DNA of 64,000 nucleotides, taken from contig JAXGZN010000002.1 in assembly GCA_040776945.1 (NCBI GenBank), positions 736,001 to 800,000 of the forward strand, in the 5' to 3' direction. The DNA comes from Methanomassiliicoccaceae archaeon. GTDB taxonomy: Archaea > Thermoplasmatota > Thermoplasmata > Methanomassiliicoccales > Methanomassiliicoccaceae. Positions 17,700 to 29,489 of this stretch are shown here, one piece after another. Every line of letters starts with the position of its first letter. The stretch's first letter is position 1. The position numbers and the translations under genes are program-made. The notes below the pieces were generated by a model. The model was not told where the DNA came from. It ran no database searches and saw only the letters and a list, made by a program, of their open reading frames with translations.

Positions 17700-18560
17700 T
17701 ATAATTATCCTTATGGATATCCTTCACCCAGCTCCGTCTGGCCGCTGTTTTTGTGCGTCAAGCGGGGCTCAGATTATTTCGAGGTACCAACAGCGGTCCG
17801 TCATCGTCCCCTTTTGGACCGCTTTGCCCGCAACCGCGCATGGGGCCATGCGGCGGCCGGCGCATTGGTTCCTCAGGACCGGCCATGTTCGATGACCGAC
17901 GAGAGCGTCCATTCCTCGATCGGGCATTGAGAACCGGGCGACGTGACCAAGATGCGGCCCTTCGTCCAAGATCTCGATGGTCCCCGCAATATGTTCCTTC
18001 CACCCGGAAAGGTCTGGAATGCACGTTCGTTGTTGCGGATATTATCGAGGAATGACCGCTCCGGGGCGATCATCGACCGTTATGTCCATGCCAATGATCC
18101 AGCATTGGTCAATGAGAAAGAAAGAGAGACGTGTCTACGCCCGGTCCCCGGAGGCCCTTGATGGCCTTGCGGGAGGAATGAAGTGTGACCTCTCTGCGCG
18201 AACCATCATCCCTTCCTCCCGTAGGCCGAGGGCAGGAGATTGTCGGCGGTCGTTGAACCTAGACCAAGGGGAAGTTCTCCTGTTCCTCTCCACTTCAAAT
18301 TGCATCGACCTGTTTATAATAATAACTAAAGGCATACAATGTCACAGCTCCGCCGTTGGAGCGGTTCCATTTTGATCTGGCCTCTGAGCTCGATCTCTAT
18401 TTCGGACATCTTGTCGGACGCAGCGGGGCCATTGGACCGCAGGCTGACGTCGGACGTTCCGATGACCTGAGAGCGGCATGTCCGAACCGCCTTGCTCCGA
18501 GACCGCCTGTTCGATGAAAGCTTGATTTACCTTATGCCCCGCTAGATATGGTGAGGACCG

Positions 18561-20969
18561 ATGATGGAGCAGAAGAACCGGCTGACGGACGAGCGGCCCG
18601 ATAGGCTCGACCTCTTGACCGTTCTGTCGGGGACCACGAGCTTCATATTCCTTGTCGACAGGCATCTTCGGATACGCTTCGCCAGCCCCAGCGCTGCAAT
18701 GTACTTCGGAATGGTAAGCGAAGCCATGGAGGGCAGACGGTTCCAGGACCTTCCGCTTCCCGAGGGCGTGGCCAGGGACTACGAGGAGGTCGTGCTGCGC
18801 GCCTTCGAGAACGATGCGCCCCAAGAGGCGGAGTCCTCGTTCGCGCTGCCAAGCGGACGGGCGCACTTCGCCTACGATGCCGTACCGGTAAGAGGGCTGG
18901 AGGGGGCCGTAGAGGTGGTCCTTACCGCCAGGGACATTACCGCCAGCAAGAGCGGGGAGATCCTGGGCGAAGTGCTCAATCGCATATATGGAACGATCAG
19001 CTCGACGATGAGCACCCCCGAGATCATGAAGCGCGTGATAGACATCTCGGCCTCGGCGCTGGACAGCGATGCCTTGGCGGTGATCATGCCGGAGAAGGGC
19101 AGGTGGATGGCCCGATATGTGCACGATGCCCCGTCCTCCAAGCTCGCAGGCATAGCGATGGACGAAGCGGAAATTCGCCGCGCCTTCCTTGCGCCGGACG
19201 AGGTACCTGCCGCGGTCGAGGACGTCCGCCAGGCAGCTTGGGTCGACCAGGAGGTCATGGCCCGCCTGAGGATCATGTCGTTCATCAGCGTGCCGTTCAA
19301 GGTCCGCTCCGCGGTGACAGGTCTGTTGACCATATCCTTCGCCCGCCCCCGGAGGATCACACCCGAGGAGGTCGATTTCTCCGGCAAGTTGGCCACCGCG
19401 GTCTCGCAGGCCCTGGAGAACTCCGAGCTGTACCATCAGGAAATGGAGCTTAGGTACCTCGTACAGGCCCTGCTGGACGACGTTCCGGCGGTGATCATGG
19501 CCGTGGACGGCCAGGACCAGAGGGTCAAGTGGTCCAATCGCTATTCCGACCGGTACAGGCCTGAGGAGCTGAGGGGGCTCTCGACCACCGGTCTCTGTCT
19601 CGGACCGATCGTCCCTGGCTTCGAGGAGGCGGGGATCGCCGACATCTTCAGGAAGGTGGCGATGAACGGCCGGCCGTTCTACGCGAGCGAGTTCATGGTC
19701 ACCGGCCTCGGGCCGGAGACCACGTATTGGAACGGTTCGGTCGTCCCGCTGCGCCAAAGCGGCAGCAACATCCCGGACCTGCTTATCATGGCCGTGGATG
19801 TCACCGAGCAGGTCAGGGCCCGCAAGATGGCCGGGGAGAGCTCCCACAAGGTCCAAGAGGAGAGGGCGCGCCTGCATGCCATGCTCGCAACCCTGCCGGT
19901 GGGAGTGGCCATTGTCGGCCGCTCCGGCCGGGTGACTGACCTCAATGAGGCGGGAGAGAAGCTCTGGGCGAGCGTTCTCCCGTCCTTCAGCGACCTGAAG
20001 GACCTGGCTGACGTTCAGGCGTGGTCGTTCGAGAGCGGAGAGCCGATGAGGCTGGACGATTGGGGAATGGTCAAGGCCGCCTTCAGCGGCATTGCCACGG
20101 ACAACGAGATGGTCACCATTGCCAGGTATGACGGGAGGAAGATGGTCATAATGATGTCCTCCACACCCCTGCGCGATGCCTCGGCGGGGGTCATCGGCGC
20201 GGTGGTGGTAGGACAGGACCTGACCAACCAGCTGCAGGTCCGGAGAGAGCTGGTGGAATCGAAGGAGCGCGCCGAGATGTTCGTCGACCTCCTTACGCAC
20301 GATGTGAGCAACCTGAACGCGGCGGCCATGGGATATCTTCAGCTGCTCCAGTCGGCGGAGTCCTTGGGAAAGAAGGAGAGGGGATGGACCGTCGGATCGC
20401 TCCAAGCCTTGGAGGAGTGCTCGAGACTGATCGAGAGCATCAGGGGCCTGCAGGACATCGAGTCCGGCAGAGAGGCCCTGGCCATCGTCGACCTGGACCG
20501 CGTGCTCCGCGAGGTCATCGGCGGTCTTGTCCCTCATCCCAGCCGTGAGATCGATGTCCGACTGTCCTCGAGGGGCAACCACTGCGTCCTCGCCAGCCCG
20601 CTGGTGAAGGAGCTGTTCTCCAACCTGCTGGACAACTCGATAAAGCACTCCGAGGGGCCGCTGACCGTATGGATCAACGTCCGCTCGATTTACGAGACCG
20701 GCAGGGAGTATCACCGCGTGGAGATCGATGACGACGGGCCGGGGATCCAGGACAGGATGAAGGAGAACGTGTTCTCCAGGACCTGGCGGGGCCGCACCAA
20801 GGGCGTCGGGAAGGGGCTGGGCCTGTTCCTGGTGCGCAGGCTGGCGGAGAGCCTGGAAGGACAGGTATGGGTCGAGGACCGGGTCTCCGGGCGGGCGGAC
20901 ATGGGAGCCCGCTTCGTGGTGCTCCTGCCGGCGGCCGACTGTGCGCGGGGAAAGGAGCGGGACGGCTAG
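18561..20969 (+). CDS. PAS/GAF sensor histidine kinase
   Basis: PAS-GAF-PAS-PAS; LLTHDVSN H-box; NLLDNSIKH, DDGPGI, GLGLFLV. Confidence 0.92.
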   Translation: MMEQKNRLTDERPDRLDLLTVLSGTTSFIFLVDRHLRIRFASPSAAMYFGMVSEAMEGRRFQDLPLPEGVARDYEEVVLRAFENDAPQEAESSFALPSGRAHFAYDAVPVRGLEGAVEVVLTARDITASKSGEILGEVLNRIYGTISSTMSTPEIMKRVIDISASALDSDALAVIMPEKGRWMARYVHDAPSSKLAGIAMDEAEIRRAFLAPDEVPAAVEDVRQAAWVDQEVMARLRIMSFISVPFKVRSAVTGLLTISFARPRRITPEEVDFSGKLATAVSQALENSELYHQEMELRYLVQALLDDVPAVIMAVDGQDQRVKWSNRYSDRYRPEELRGLSTTGLCLGPIVPGFEEAGIADIFRKVAMNGRPFYASEFMVTGLGPETTYWNGSVVPLRQSGSNIPDLLIMAVDVTEQVRARKMAGESSHKVQEERARLHAMLATLPVGVAIVGRSGRVTDLNEAGEKLWASVLPSFSDLKDLADVQAWSFESGEPMRLDDWGMVKAAFSGIATDNEMVTIARYDGRKMVIMMSSTPLRDASAGVIGAVVVGQDLTNQLQVRRELVESKERAEMFVDLLTHDVSNLNAAAMGYLQLLQSAESLGKKERGWTVGSLQALEECSRLIESIRGLQDIESGREALAIVDLDRVLREVIGGLVPHPSREIDVRLSSRGNHCVLASPLVKELFSNLLDNSIKHSEGPLTVWINVRSIYETGREYHRVEIDDDGPGIQDRMKENVFSRTWRGRTKGVGKGLGLFLVRRLAESLEGQVWVEDRVSGRADMGARFVVLLPAADCARGKERDG

Positions 20970-21301
20970 AGGCGGCCCTGCTCCACCGCTATCTTGGCCT
21001 TTTCCAAGGTCTCCACGAGCTTATCCACCGTAGGCACTCCGCCGAAGAGGGTCAGGCTGCAGTTTATGAAGAGCGCCGGGGTGACCCCTTGGCCGTACTT
21101 CTGGAACAGGGGTTGTATGGCGCCGCAGAACTGGTACTTCGGGGACATGCGGGCCTCGGTAGCGTGCACCAGATCGATCTCCGCCTCCAAGCCTGTCCTT
21201 CGAAGGGCTTCCTTGAGATGTTCGACGTACTGCTGGTCGTACGGCGCCAGCTTGGGGTTGCAGCAAGCGAACGATAGTATCGTAAGGCGCATCTTGTCCA
21301 T
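20966..21301 (-). CDS. Small thioredoxin-fold protein, ArsD-like
   Basis: ACCNP near the N-terminus, VTPALFIN..L..GGVP; directly downstream of arsA. Confidence 0.6.
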   Translation of the reverse strand: MDKMRLTILSFACCNPKLAPYDQQYVEHLKEALRRTGLEAEIDLVHATEARMSPKYQFCGAIQPLFQKYGQGVTPALFINCSLTLFGGVPTVDKLVETLEKAKIAVEQGRL

Positions 21302-21384
21302 GTCATCCCTCTTTTTGTTCGGCCCGAACGTAGAAAGATGCCCCCAACGCTATAGATACCTTCCCGCTGGAGGCGAGGGAGCGA

Positions 21385-22302
21385 TCATCCATACAGTATC
21401 TTCCCCACCTTTCGCAGGCTCTCCACGCCATAGATGTCCGTCTCGAACAACGGGACCTCGCGGAGCACCTTGTCTTGGAACTTCTCCCCGATGATCGCCA
21501 GGTACTTGTCCTGGGTGGCCCTCCGGCGCTCCAGGAACCAGTTGCCCTGCAGCACCTCCCGGGGGATCACCTCGTTGATTATGAGGGCCGGCACCTTGAT
21601 GCCGAAGGTCCCTAGGTCCTCCACCGCCCGCTCGGTCTCGTCCACCGGGAGCTTCTCCGGCAGCAGGACTAGGTTGAACGCCGATATGGTCTCATCGGAA
21701 AGGGCGCGGACCGCCGCATCGTACCTGGAGCGCTCCGCCTTGAGGTCGTTTATCATGTTCTCATCGTAGACGAACCCCATCAGTTCCGAGAGCTCCTTGC
21801 GGCTCTCGATCTGATTTGTGATGTAGCCGGACCAGTCGAAGGGCATGCTCAGCTCCCGCAGGGTATGGCCCGTGGGAGCGGTATCGAACACCACCTTGTC
21901 ATGTTCCGTGTCGGCCATGTGGGAGACGAACTGGTCGAAGGCGGCGATCTCCTCCGTGCAGGGGGTCGACAGAAGCTCGGACCCGAAGAGTGTGGAGAAT
22001 CCCTCCATCATGTTGTTCATCCGGCTCTGGAAGACGCCCATGGCCTTCTTGGGATTTATGTTGAGACCGCAGAGGTTCTCCTGTTTGTCGATGATCGTGA
22101 TCTCGGTCTCTCCGATCGGCTGCTCGTATATCGCGGAGAGAGATACCGTGGGGTCCGTGGCGACTATGAGGGTCTTGTACCCCTGGTCGGCGAGCCAGCT
22201 GGCGGTGGCCGATGCCATGGTGGTCTTCCCCACTCCGCCTTTGCCCCCGAAGAAAAGGAACTTCTTGCTCTCGACGATCTCGGTCAAACTGAGTGGCTTC
22301 AT
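21385..22302 (-). CDS. arsA: ArsA/GET3-family ATPase (single domain)
   Basis: GGKGGVGKTT, TDP, FDTAPTGHTLR. Confidence 0.9.
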   Translation of the reverse strand: MKPLSLTEIVESKKFLFFGGKGGVGKTTMASATASWLADQGYKTLIVATDPTVSLSAIYEQPIGETEITIIDKQENLCGLNINPKKAMGVFQSRMNNMMEGFSTLFGSELLSTPCTEEIAAFDQFVSHMADTEHDKVVFDTAPTGHTLRELSMPFDWSGYITNQIESRKELSELMGFVYDENMINDLKAERSRYDAAVRALSDETISAFNLVLLPEKLPVDETERAVEDLGTFGIKVPALIINEVIPREVLQGNWFLERRRATQDKYLAIIGEKFQDKVLREVPLFETDIYGVESLRKVGKILYG

Positions 22303-22935
22303 CTGGTATCCTCCTCCCTTCCAAGGCGTATGATGTCCATTATTCTTTCTGTCCTCAGGGCCTCGGGCGGCGATGTTCCTTGCTCTCTCCCCCGCCCCGC
22401 GATGGGGCGCCCCGGCCTTCCGCCCTTGGCCGCTGGGCCCCGACAGGCCCTGGTCGAAAATATCATTACGTTGTGTGGTGGCCGCAGGCCATCAGCTGGA
22501 AATGCTATTGCAAAGGACACGCTGCGTTCGATCGCCCTGCCCCATCATATCCGGCATCAGCACCGCCCAGGTCGTTGGTGTGCTGAAGGAGGCCGGGGAT
22601 ATCGGAAGGGAGATGGCAAGGCCGGTCACGGCCATCTTCGATGACCTGGGCAGGCGCTCATCCCAGCCATGGCCGCTCGGCGTCGTGAGGCCTTTCACGG
22701 CGGCCGCGACTGATCGATACCTGCAGTGGAACGTCGTCCACCGAACCCACGGACGCTCCTGAGATAACATGGTCCCAGATAGAGAGAACGATGGTGAAGG
22801 TCCGGAAGAGGAACAGGTCGCTCAGCTCTCCAGAGCCCCCTGTCCTTATTATTATCTATTCAGATACTAGTAATTGTGGAGGCATCTATTATATCGGGAG
22901 CGGAGAATGCAGTAAGGACATGGAGGGGAGTCCCG

Positions 22936-24336
22936 ATGCAGGTCCTTTTCGTAGACGAAGACCCGACCGACCTGGAGACCTGGGCTAGTCGGTTGGCGGC
23001 GGAGGGGGACATAAAGGTAGATACCGCCTCCTCGGGCCAGGTCGCTTTGGACATGATAGCATCGGGCAACTACGACGCGGTGGTTAGCGATTGCATGACC
23101 GCTCCGTCGATGAACGGCGTCGATCTTCTGCGAAGCGCGCGGGCGATGGGCTATATAAACACCTTCCTGCTGATGTCGAGCACGGTCAACGAGGACATAG
23201 TGCTCGACGCCATACTCAACGGAGTGGACCAATACCTGCCAAGGACCGGGGACATGGCCCATGATGTCTCCATCGTTCGCTCATTCCTTGAGACGAGGCA
23301 GAAGCGGATGCGAGAGGAGAGGGAAAGAAGGAACGAGGCCGCCTACCACTCGCTCCTTATGCGCATGCAGGAAGGGTTCGCCTACCATCGCATCGTGCAC
23401 GATGGGCAGGGGCGGCCGGTCAGCTCGACCATCATTGACGTCAATGATGCTTTCGAGAAGGTGTTCTCTCCTAAGGGCGGATCTGTCCTGGGCCGCGATG
23501 TCAGGGACCTGATCATCGCCAACGAAGGGTTCGAGAGCGAGATCCTCAGGGCCTTCGACGAGATCATCAAGACCGGCAGGGAGGTCCGCTTCACGGCGCG
23601 GTCCGCTCAGCTCGACCGATGGTTCTCGGTCGCGCTCTATGCTCCGGAGCCAGGGTATTTCGTGACCATCCTCACGGACCTCACGGCGGAGAAGAAGATG
23701 GAGGAGGAGCTGAAGCTCTCCAAGAAGAAGGTGTCCCTGGTGGGGTCCATCACCCTCCATGACCTCATGAACCAGCTGTCCATCCTCTATGGGTACCTGG
23801 ACATCGCCAGGACCAAGGAGGACATCGGTCTGATGAGGGAGTACATCGACAAGGCCGCCGTCTCGGGGGAGAAGATGAGGAGGGCGATGCTGTTCTCCCA
23901 GGACTATCTCCGCATGGGGGAACAGAGCCCGGAGTGGTTCTCCGCCCAGGAGGTCGCGTCCAAGGGCATCGCCGAGGCCCAAATGGGAGATGCCAAGGCG
24001 ACCATATGCCTGAACGGCCTGGAGATCTACGCCGACCCGCTGATACGCAAGGTGTTCCACAACCTTGCGTTCAACGCGGTGCGGCACGGTCATGCCCGTG
24101 AGGTCATGTTCACCTATGAGAATAGCGGGAACGACCTGCTGATCGTATGCCAGGATAACGGTTCCGGGGTGAGGCCGGAGAAGCGCCAGGAAATGTTCGA
24201 TGACCGTTTCGGGCACGGGCTGTACCTGGTCAAGGAGGTTCTGGCCATCACAGGCATGAGCATCCGGGAGACGAGGCCTCCGCAGGGCGCAAGGTTCGAG
24301 ATCCTAGTGCCTTGGGGCCGCTACCGGTTCTCCTGA
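22936..24336 (+). CDS. Receiver-PAS-histidine kinase hybrid
   Basis: VLFVDED receiver, PAS, TLHDLMNQL, DNGSGV, GHGLYLV. Confidence 0.9.
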   Translation: MQVLFVDEDPTDLETWASRLAAEGDIKVDTASSGQVALDMIASGNYDAVVSDCMTAPSMNGVDLLRSARAMGYINTFLLMSSTVNEDIVLDAILNGVDQYLPRTGDMAHDVSIVRSFLETRQKRMREERERRNEAAYHSLLMRMQEGFAYHRIVHDGQGRPVSSTIIDVNDAFEKVFSPKGGSVLGRDVRDLIIANEGFESEILRAFDEIIKTGREVRFTARSAQLDRWFSVALYAPEPGYFVTILTDLTAEKKMEEELKLSKKKVSLVGSITLHDLMNQLSILYGYLDIARTKEDIGLMREYIDKAAVSGEKMRRAMLFSQDYLRMGEQSPEWFSAQEVASKGIAEAQMGDAKATICLNGLEIYADPLIRKVFHNLAFNAVRHGHAREVMFTYENSGNDLLIVCQDNGSGVRPEKRQEMFDDRFGHGLYLVKEVLAITGMSIRETRPPQGARFEILVPWGRYRFS

Positions 24337-24338
24337 GA

Positions 24339-24503
24339 TCAATCCTCGATCTGCTCGAACTCCGATTTGGGCGCTCCGCACATGGGGCAGACCCAATCGT
24401 CCGGGAGGGCCTCGAACGCCGTGCCCGGCGGAATGTCACTGAGCGGATCGCCGACCTCGGGATCGTACACGTAGCCGCAGACCAAACATCTCCATTTTTT
24501 CAT
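24339..24503 (-). CDS. Rubredoxin (missed by the ORF track)
   Basis: [54 protein letters not shown]. Confidence 0.95.
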   Translation of the reverse strand: MKKWRCLVCGYVYDPEVGDPLSDIPPGTAFEALPDDWVCPMCGAPKSEFEQIED

Positions 24504-25060
24504 CTTTGCTCCATCCTTTTCACGATGGCACCGTATTTCTCATGTAAAAGCTTGTGGTCGAACTCCGTGAACTGAGCGATGAGATCTGCGCTCTCCTCCC
24601 TTGTCAGGTGCCTCATGGCCTCGGGGAAGAACTCCTGGTCCTCGCGCTTGATGTGCTCGGGAGAGAGCTTGACAAGCTCTGCCAGGGCTCTGGAGATCTC
24701 CCTGTCCCTGTCCCTGCCTTTGTTGCGGCCGCTCCCGAGCAGGCGCTCCAGTGCGGATATGATGGTCCGGGCATGCGCGTGGTCGGCGATCAGGCCGTCC
24801 ATGGCCTGCATCATCTCGGGGGGCATGGTCTTGGACCTCAGCTTGGCGAACAGCAGCCTCTCCTCCTTCCCATAGTGGCACTGCTCGGCGTAGGTCCTGA
24901 GGAAATCGACGATGATGGTCAGGAGGCCGTCATCCGGCGCTCCTCCGCCATCGATCGCCCTCCTCTGCTGGTCCAATAGAGCGATCGCCCTTTCGATGAG
25001 CCGATGCTCGATCATCAATCGTCCAGCGGGCAACATGGTCCGACCCGGCACCAGGGCCAT
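24500..25060 (-). CDS. Hemerythrin/HHE domain protein
   Basis: EHRLIE, CHYGKEE..LF, DH, HIKRED..FFP. Confidence 0.88.
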   Translation of the reverse strand: MALVPGRTMLPAGRLMIEHRLIERAIALLDQQRRAIDGGGAPDDGLLTIIVDFLRTYAEQCHYGKEERLLFAKLRSKTMPPEMMQAMDGLIADHAHARTIISALERLLGSGRNKGRDRDREISRALAELVKLSPEHIKREDQEFFPEAMRHLTREESADLIAQFTEFDHKLLHEKYGAIVKRMEQR

Positions 25061-25083
25061 TGAATTGCTTTCCTGCGCCCGCC

Positions 25084-25539
25084 TCAGGGGCGGGCATAGG
25101 TGGCCATGGCCTCCCCGTACTGAGAGACCTTGCCCTTCATGGCCAGCTCCAGCTCCTCCTTGGAAGCGCCGGCCCTGAGATCTATCGGACCGGTCAGCCC
25201 ATACACCTTTAGGTAGTACCGGTGCTCTCCCCCGGGCGGACAGGGGCCCATGTACCCGATCTCATCGCCGGTGTTGGTCCCCTGTGTCGAGCCAGGGAGC
25301 TCAGGAGGGTGCGCCGCATTTGATATCTTCTCCGGGACCTTGTCCCTGGACGGGATGTTCCATATGATCCAGTGCGTGAAGGTCCCGGAGGGAGCGTCGG
25401 GATCGTCCATGATCATGGCGAAGTAAGGCGCCGTTAGCCCGACGATCGTGATCGCAGGCGATATGTCCTGCCCGTCGCAGGTATGCCTGGCAGGGTACTT
25501 CTTGAATCCTAGTTCGATTTTCAGGTCGTTCTTGCTCAT
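25084..25539 (-). CDS. YbhB/YbcL (PEBP/Raf kinase inhibitor-like) protein
   Basis: MDDPDAPSGTFTHW, GYMGPCPP, HRY. Confidence 0.92.
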   Translation of the reverse strand: MSKNDLKIELGFKKYPARHTCDGQDISPAITIVGLTAPYFAMIMDDPDAPSGTFTHWIIWNIPSRDKVPEKISNAAHPPELPGSTQGTNTGDEIGYMGPCPPGGEHRYYLKVYGLTGPIDLRAGASKEELELAMKGKVSQYGEAMATYARP

Positions 25540-25791
25540 GCGCTCGGCCTCTCTGGATGCGCCCCCTCCGGGACGTGCCCGGACGTGGGGCGACCATCGT
25601 TCATCATGTCATCACCAGGCTGAAGTATCTTCGCATCCCGCTCCATCAGGGTCCTTCCGGCCGGTCCGCGCCCCTCCGGTCCAAGCTGCCCGCTGGATCA
25701 CATCTGATGGGGGCGGCAGCTCTCATGGGGTTGAGAGACTAGAGGGACCTCGCTCACTTCCTGGAGGCGGGGCGGACTGGCCCCATAAAGG

Positions 25792-26220
25792 TCAGGCCAG
25801 CTCCGTCCTCTGGATAAGCTGCCCTCCCTTGGACAGGATGGCGTTGATGGCCTCGTCCACATGATCGACCCTGATGATGAGGACGGCGTTCGGCCTTCCC
25901 GTGTACGCGTAGGCATACTCTATATTGATCCCTGCATCCCCCAGCATCCTCGATATCTCCCTGAGGCCGCCGGGACGGTCGTGCATCTTGATCCCGATGA
26001 CCTCGGTCGTGGACACAACGTAACCTAGCGAGGAGAGCTTCTTGAACGCCCTCTCCGGGTCGTCGACCAGCGCCCTGATGACCCCGAACCCGCTGGCCTC
26101 GGCGATGGAGAACGCCAGGATATTGATGTTCTCGGATTCGAGCGCCTCGGCGATGGCCGCTAGCCTTCCCGGCCTGTTCTCGGCGAAGATCGATATCTGC
26201 TTGATCGTGTAGGTCATCAC
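25792..26220 (-). CDS. Tandem ACT-domain protein
   Basis: KQISIFAENRPGRL, DRPGGL, NIEYAY; follows paaK. Confidence 0.9.
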   Translation of the reverse strand: MMTYTIKQISIFAENRPGRLAAIAEALESENINILAFSIAEASGFGVIRALVDDPERAFKKLSSLGYVVSTTEVIGIKMHDRPGGLREISRMLGDAGINIEYAYAYTGRPNAVLIIRVDHVDEAINAILSKGGQLIQRTELA

Positions 26221-27521
26221 AGCACCCTCCTGTCTATCACTCTCTTGGCCTTGCCTTCGAAGCGGGTCAAGGTCTCGGGAGATACCAGTTCCACGTCCAC
26301 CGCGACATTGAGGTTGTTCCTGAGCTGGTGGGCGACCTTGTTCTTAAGGCGGATAAGGTCGTCGAGCTTGTCCGAGAACAGCTGGGCGCTCTTGAGCTCC
26401 ACCCTCACCAGCATGGTGTCCAACGCGCCCTTGCGGTCGACAACGATCTGAAAATGCTCCCCCAGCTCAGGGACGGACATCAGAGCGTGCTCGATCTGCG
26501 ACGGGAAAACGTTGATCCCGCGTATGATCAGCATGTCGTCCACCCGGCCCTGGATCCGTGATATCCGGACGTGGGAGCGGCCGCATCCGCACACGGAGTC
26601 CTCGAACGACGTGATGTCCCCTATGCGGTAACGCATCATCGGCAGGGCCTCCTTCTGAAGCATGGTGATCACCAGTTCTCCCTTCTCCCCCGGCCCCAGG
26701 CGTTCCCCGGTCTCGGGATCGATGACCTCAACATACGCGAGGTCGCCCCAGATATGTATGCCGTTCTGCTCGCTGCACTCGGTGAACAGAGGTCCCGAGA
26801 GCTCTGAGGTGCCGTAGATGTCGTATGCCTTGATGCCCGTGGAGCCCTCTATGCGGGCCCTCATCTTCTCCGACCAGGGCTCCGCTCCCAGGACCGCGGT
26901 GCGAAGGCGAGTGTCCCGCTCGAAGCTGACCCCCATCTTCTCTGCCACCTCGGAAAGGTGCAGCATGTACGAGGGGGTGCACGCGATCGCAGTGACCCTC
27001 AGGTCCTGGATGAGCTCGATCTGCCGCTCGGTGTTGCCGACCGAGGCGGGCACCACCGTCGCCCCCATCCTCTCCGCGCCGTAATGAAGGCCGAGACCGC
27101 CGGTGAACAGACCATAGCCGTAGGAGACCTGGAGCACGTCCCTGCGGCCCAGTCCGATGGAGGTAAGGCCTCGGGCCACGGAGATGGCCCAATTTTCCAG
27201 GTCCCTGTGCGTATACCCGACCACGGTCGGCTTTCCGGTGGTCCCGGACGATACGTGGTAGCGAACGAGGTCTTCCTGGCCGCCGATGAACATGCCGTCA
27301 GGGTAGTTGTCCCGGAGGTCCTTCTTGTACATGAACGGCAGCTTGACGATATCGTCCAGGGACCTGATGTCGTCAGGATGCACGTTGTGCTCCTTCATCC
27401 GGGAGCGGTAGAAATCGGAGAAGGAGTACAGCCGGTAGACCAAGGTCTTCAACAGCTTGAACTGCAGCGCTTCTATCTCGGTCCTCGGCATCTCCTCGAT
27501 TCGGGGGTCCAGGTACTTCAC
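26217..27521 (-). CDS. paaK: Phenylacetate-CoA ligase
   Basis: SSGTTGKP, YGLFTGGLG, YGTSE, RYRIGD, GRVDDMLIIRGINVFPSQIE. Confidence 0.93.
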   Translation of the reverse strand: MKYLDPRIEEMPRTEIEALQFKLLKTLVYRLYSFSDFYRSRMKEHNVHPDDIRSLDDIVKLPFMYKKDLRDNYPDGMFIGGQEDLVRYHVSSGTTGKPTVVGYTHRDLENWAISVARGLTSIGLGRRDVLQVSYGYGLFTGGLGLHYGAERMGATVVPASVGNTERQIELIQDLRVTAIACTPSYMLHLSEVAEKMGVSFERDTRLRTAVLGAEPWSEKMRARIEGSTGIKAYDIYGTSELSGPLFTECSEQNGIHIWGDLAYVEVIDPETGERLGPGEKGELVITMLQKEALPMMRYRIGDITSFEDSVCGCGRSHVRISRIQGRVDDMLIIRGINVFPSQIEHALMSVPELGEHFQIVVDRKGALDTMLVRVELKSAQLFSDKLDDLIRLKNKVAHQLRNNLNVAVDVELVSPETLTRFEGKAKRVIDRRVL

Positions 27522-27985
27522 ATCATCACCTTTAGGTTGACCGGGCGATCATCGCGAAACGCCCGGGGGACGTGACCTGCTGGGGCATGGCGTGGCCGAT
27601 ATTTCATCCTTCCCGAAAATCGGTGGCCTGTCACGGCCGGGGGAGGTGATTGATTGGACCTAGCATAGACCGGCCCGAGGCCGGCCATTGTCCTCGGGAC
27701 GCTCTCCTCGGCCATGCCCGTGGAGGAGGCGGTCGATGCCAAGGTTTCCGATCATCTCGCCCTCAGCGGCGATGCCGCTTTCCGCCATGCGCTCCGGCCT
27801 GATGCTCAGCGAGCGTTGAACGTGATGCCGGACCTCTTGTCGTCCTGATGCAATGGAAGGCGGGACCGGCGGGTGCCTCTATCTCTTATCTGTATAAAGA
27901 AAGGTGCATCGGTCATCGAACGGGCAGGAAATATTATGAACAACGAACCGGCTTGATGACCGGGATCGTTATTACCGAGGACCAT

Positions 27986-29002
27986 ATGGGCCGGGACAGG
28001 GCCGTCGGCATAGTCTGCCTTGTCATCATCGCGGCGATCGTGGTGATCGATAGTTACACCGTGATCGGGGTAGCTACCGGGGTCCTATACATCGTGCCGG
28101 TCGGGACCACAGTGCTTTCCTCGAGCAGGAAGCTCACCATCTGGATGGCCGTAGCTTCTTTGCCCTTGATCGCTCTGGGATATCTCATATCGCCTCCCGG
28201 CCCCCTATATTTCGGCCTGTTCAACAGAGGCATTGCCGTCGTGGCGGTGGCGTTCATCACGTTCACGGTCCTGATGGTGAAGAAGAACGAGGAGCGGAGC
28301 AGGGAGTACAGCGCGGCCCTCCAGAGGTCCAACGCTGACCTTCAGAGGTTCGCGTACGTCGCCTCGCATGATCTCAGAGAGCCGTCGAGGATGGTCATCA
28401 ATTTCCTGGGCCTTTTAGAAAGGAAGTACGCTGATGGGCTGGACGACACCGCCAGGAACTATATCCGATATGCAGTGGACGGCTCAAAGAGAATGGAGGC
28501 CTTGATAGAGGACATCTTGGCCTACTCTCGGGTTGAGAGCAGGGCATGCCCGCTACGACCTATGGACGCGGAGGAAGCTCTGGCCATTGCGCTGGAGGAC
28601 CTCTCCAGAGTGGTGGAAGAGAGCGGCGCGAAGGTGACCCATGATCCCCTGCCGACGGTCATGGCCGACCGCTCTCAGATCGTCCAGCTCCTTGAGAACT
28701 TGATCGGGAACGCCATCAAGTATCGCGGCGAAGCTAGGCCTTTGGTCCATGTGCAGGCCGTCCGAAAGGGAGATGCATGGCAGTTCTCGGTGAGCGACAA
28801 CGGCATAGGGATGGACATGGCCTACGCGGGAAAGGTCTTTGAGATGTTCCAACGCCTGCACTCTAGCACAGAATACCCGGGGACCGGCATCGGCCTCGCC
28901 ATAGCCAAGAAGATCGTGGAAAGGCACGGCGGCAAGATATGGGTGGAGAGCGAGATAGGGAAAGGTTCAAGGTTCTTCTTCACATTGCCGGACAGGAGTT
29001 GA
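27986..29002 (+). CDS. Membrane sensor histidine kinase
   Basis: 4 TM; [12 protein letters not shown]; [16 protein letters not shown]; start could lie slightly upstream. Confidence 0.9.
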   Translation: MGRDRAVGIVCLVIIAAIVVIDSYTVIGVATGVLYIVPVGTTVLSSSRKLTIWMAVASLPLIALGYLISPPGPLYFGLFNRGIAVVAVAFITFTVLMVKKNEERSREYSAALQRSNADLQRFAYVASHDLREPSRMVINFLGLLERKYADGLDDTARNYIRYAVDGSKRMEALIEDILAYSRVESRACPLRPMDAEEALAIALEDLSRVVEESGAKVTHDPLPTVMADRSQIVQLLENLIGNAIKYRGEARPLVHVQAVRKGDAWQFSVSDNGIGMDMAYAGKVFEMFQRLHSSTEYPGTGIGLAIAKKIVERHGGKIWVESEIGKGSRFFFTLPDRS

Positions 29003-29448
29003 GCTCTTTGGCCGAACCTATCATCATCCTAATGGTGGAAGACAACGAAGGGGACGCCTTCCTGACCAGGGAGCTTCTTAAGGAAGCGAAAGTGACGAAC
29101 GTCATCCACATCGTGAAGGACGGCGTGGAGGCCATGTCCTTCCTCCACAAAGAGGCCCCTTTTGCCGACGCCCCGACCCCGGACCTGATCCTCCTCGATC
29201 TCAAGATGCCCCGCATGGACGGTCATGAGGTGCTCGCGCGGATCAAGTCCGATCCGGACCTGGAGTGCATACCCGTGGTCATCCTGACCTCCTCAGAGGC
29301 GGACGAGGACGTTCTAAGGGCCTATAAGCACAATGCGAACTGCTATGTGACCAAGCCTGTGGGCCTGGAGCAGTTCAGCAAGATCGTCCGATCGATCGAT
29401 GATTTCTGGCTTAGCGTCGTCAAGCTCCCGACAAGGCTGGACAAGTAG
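28999..29448 (+). CDS. Single-domain response regulator (Rcp1-like)
   Basis: [25 protein letters not shown]; TTG overlaps the kinase stop. Confidence 0.9.
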   Translation: MSSLAEPIIILMVEDNEGDAFLTRELLKEAKVTNVIHIVKDGVEAMSFLHKEAPFADAPTPDLILLDLKMPRMDGHEVLARIKSDPDLECIPVVILTSSEADEDVLRAYKHNANCYVTKPVGLEQFSKIVRSIDDFWLSVVKLPTRLDK

Positions 29449-29489
29449 ACCTTATTTATCGGGGAAACGTCCTCCGGCGGTGCGCGGGA

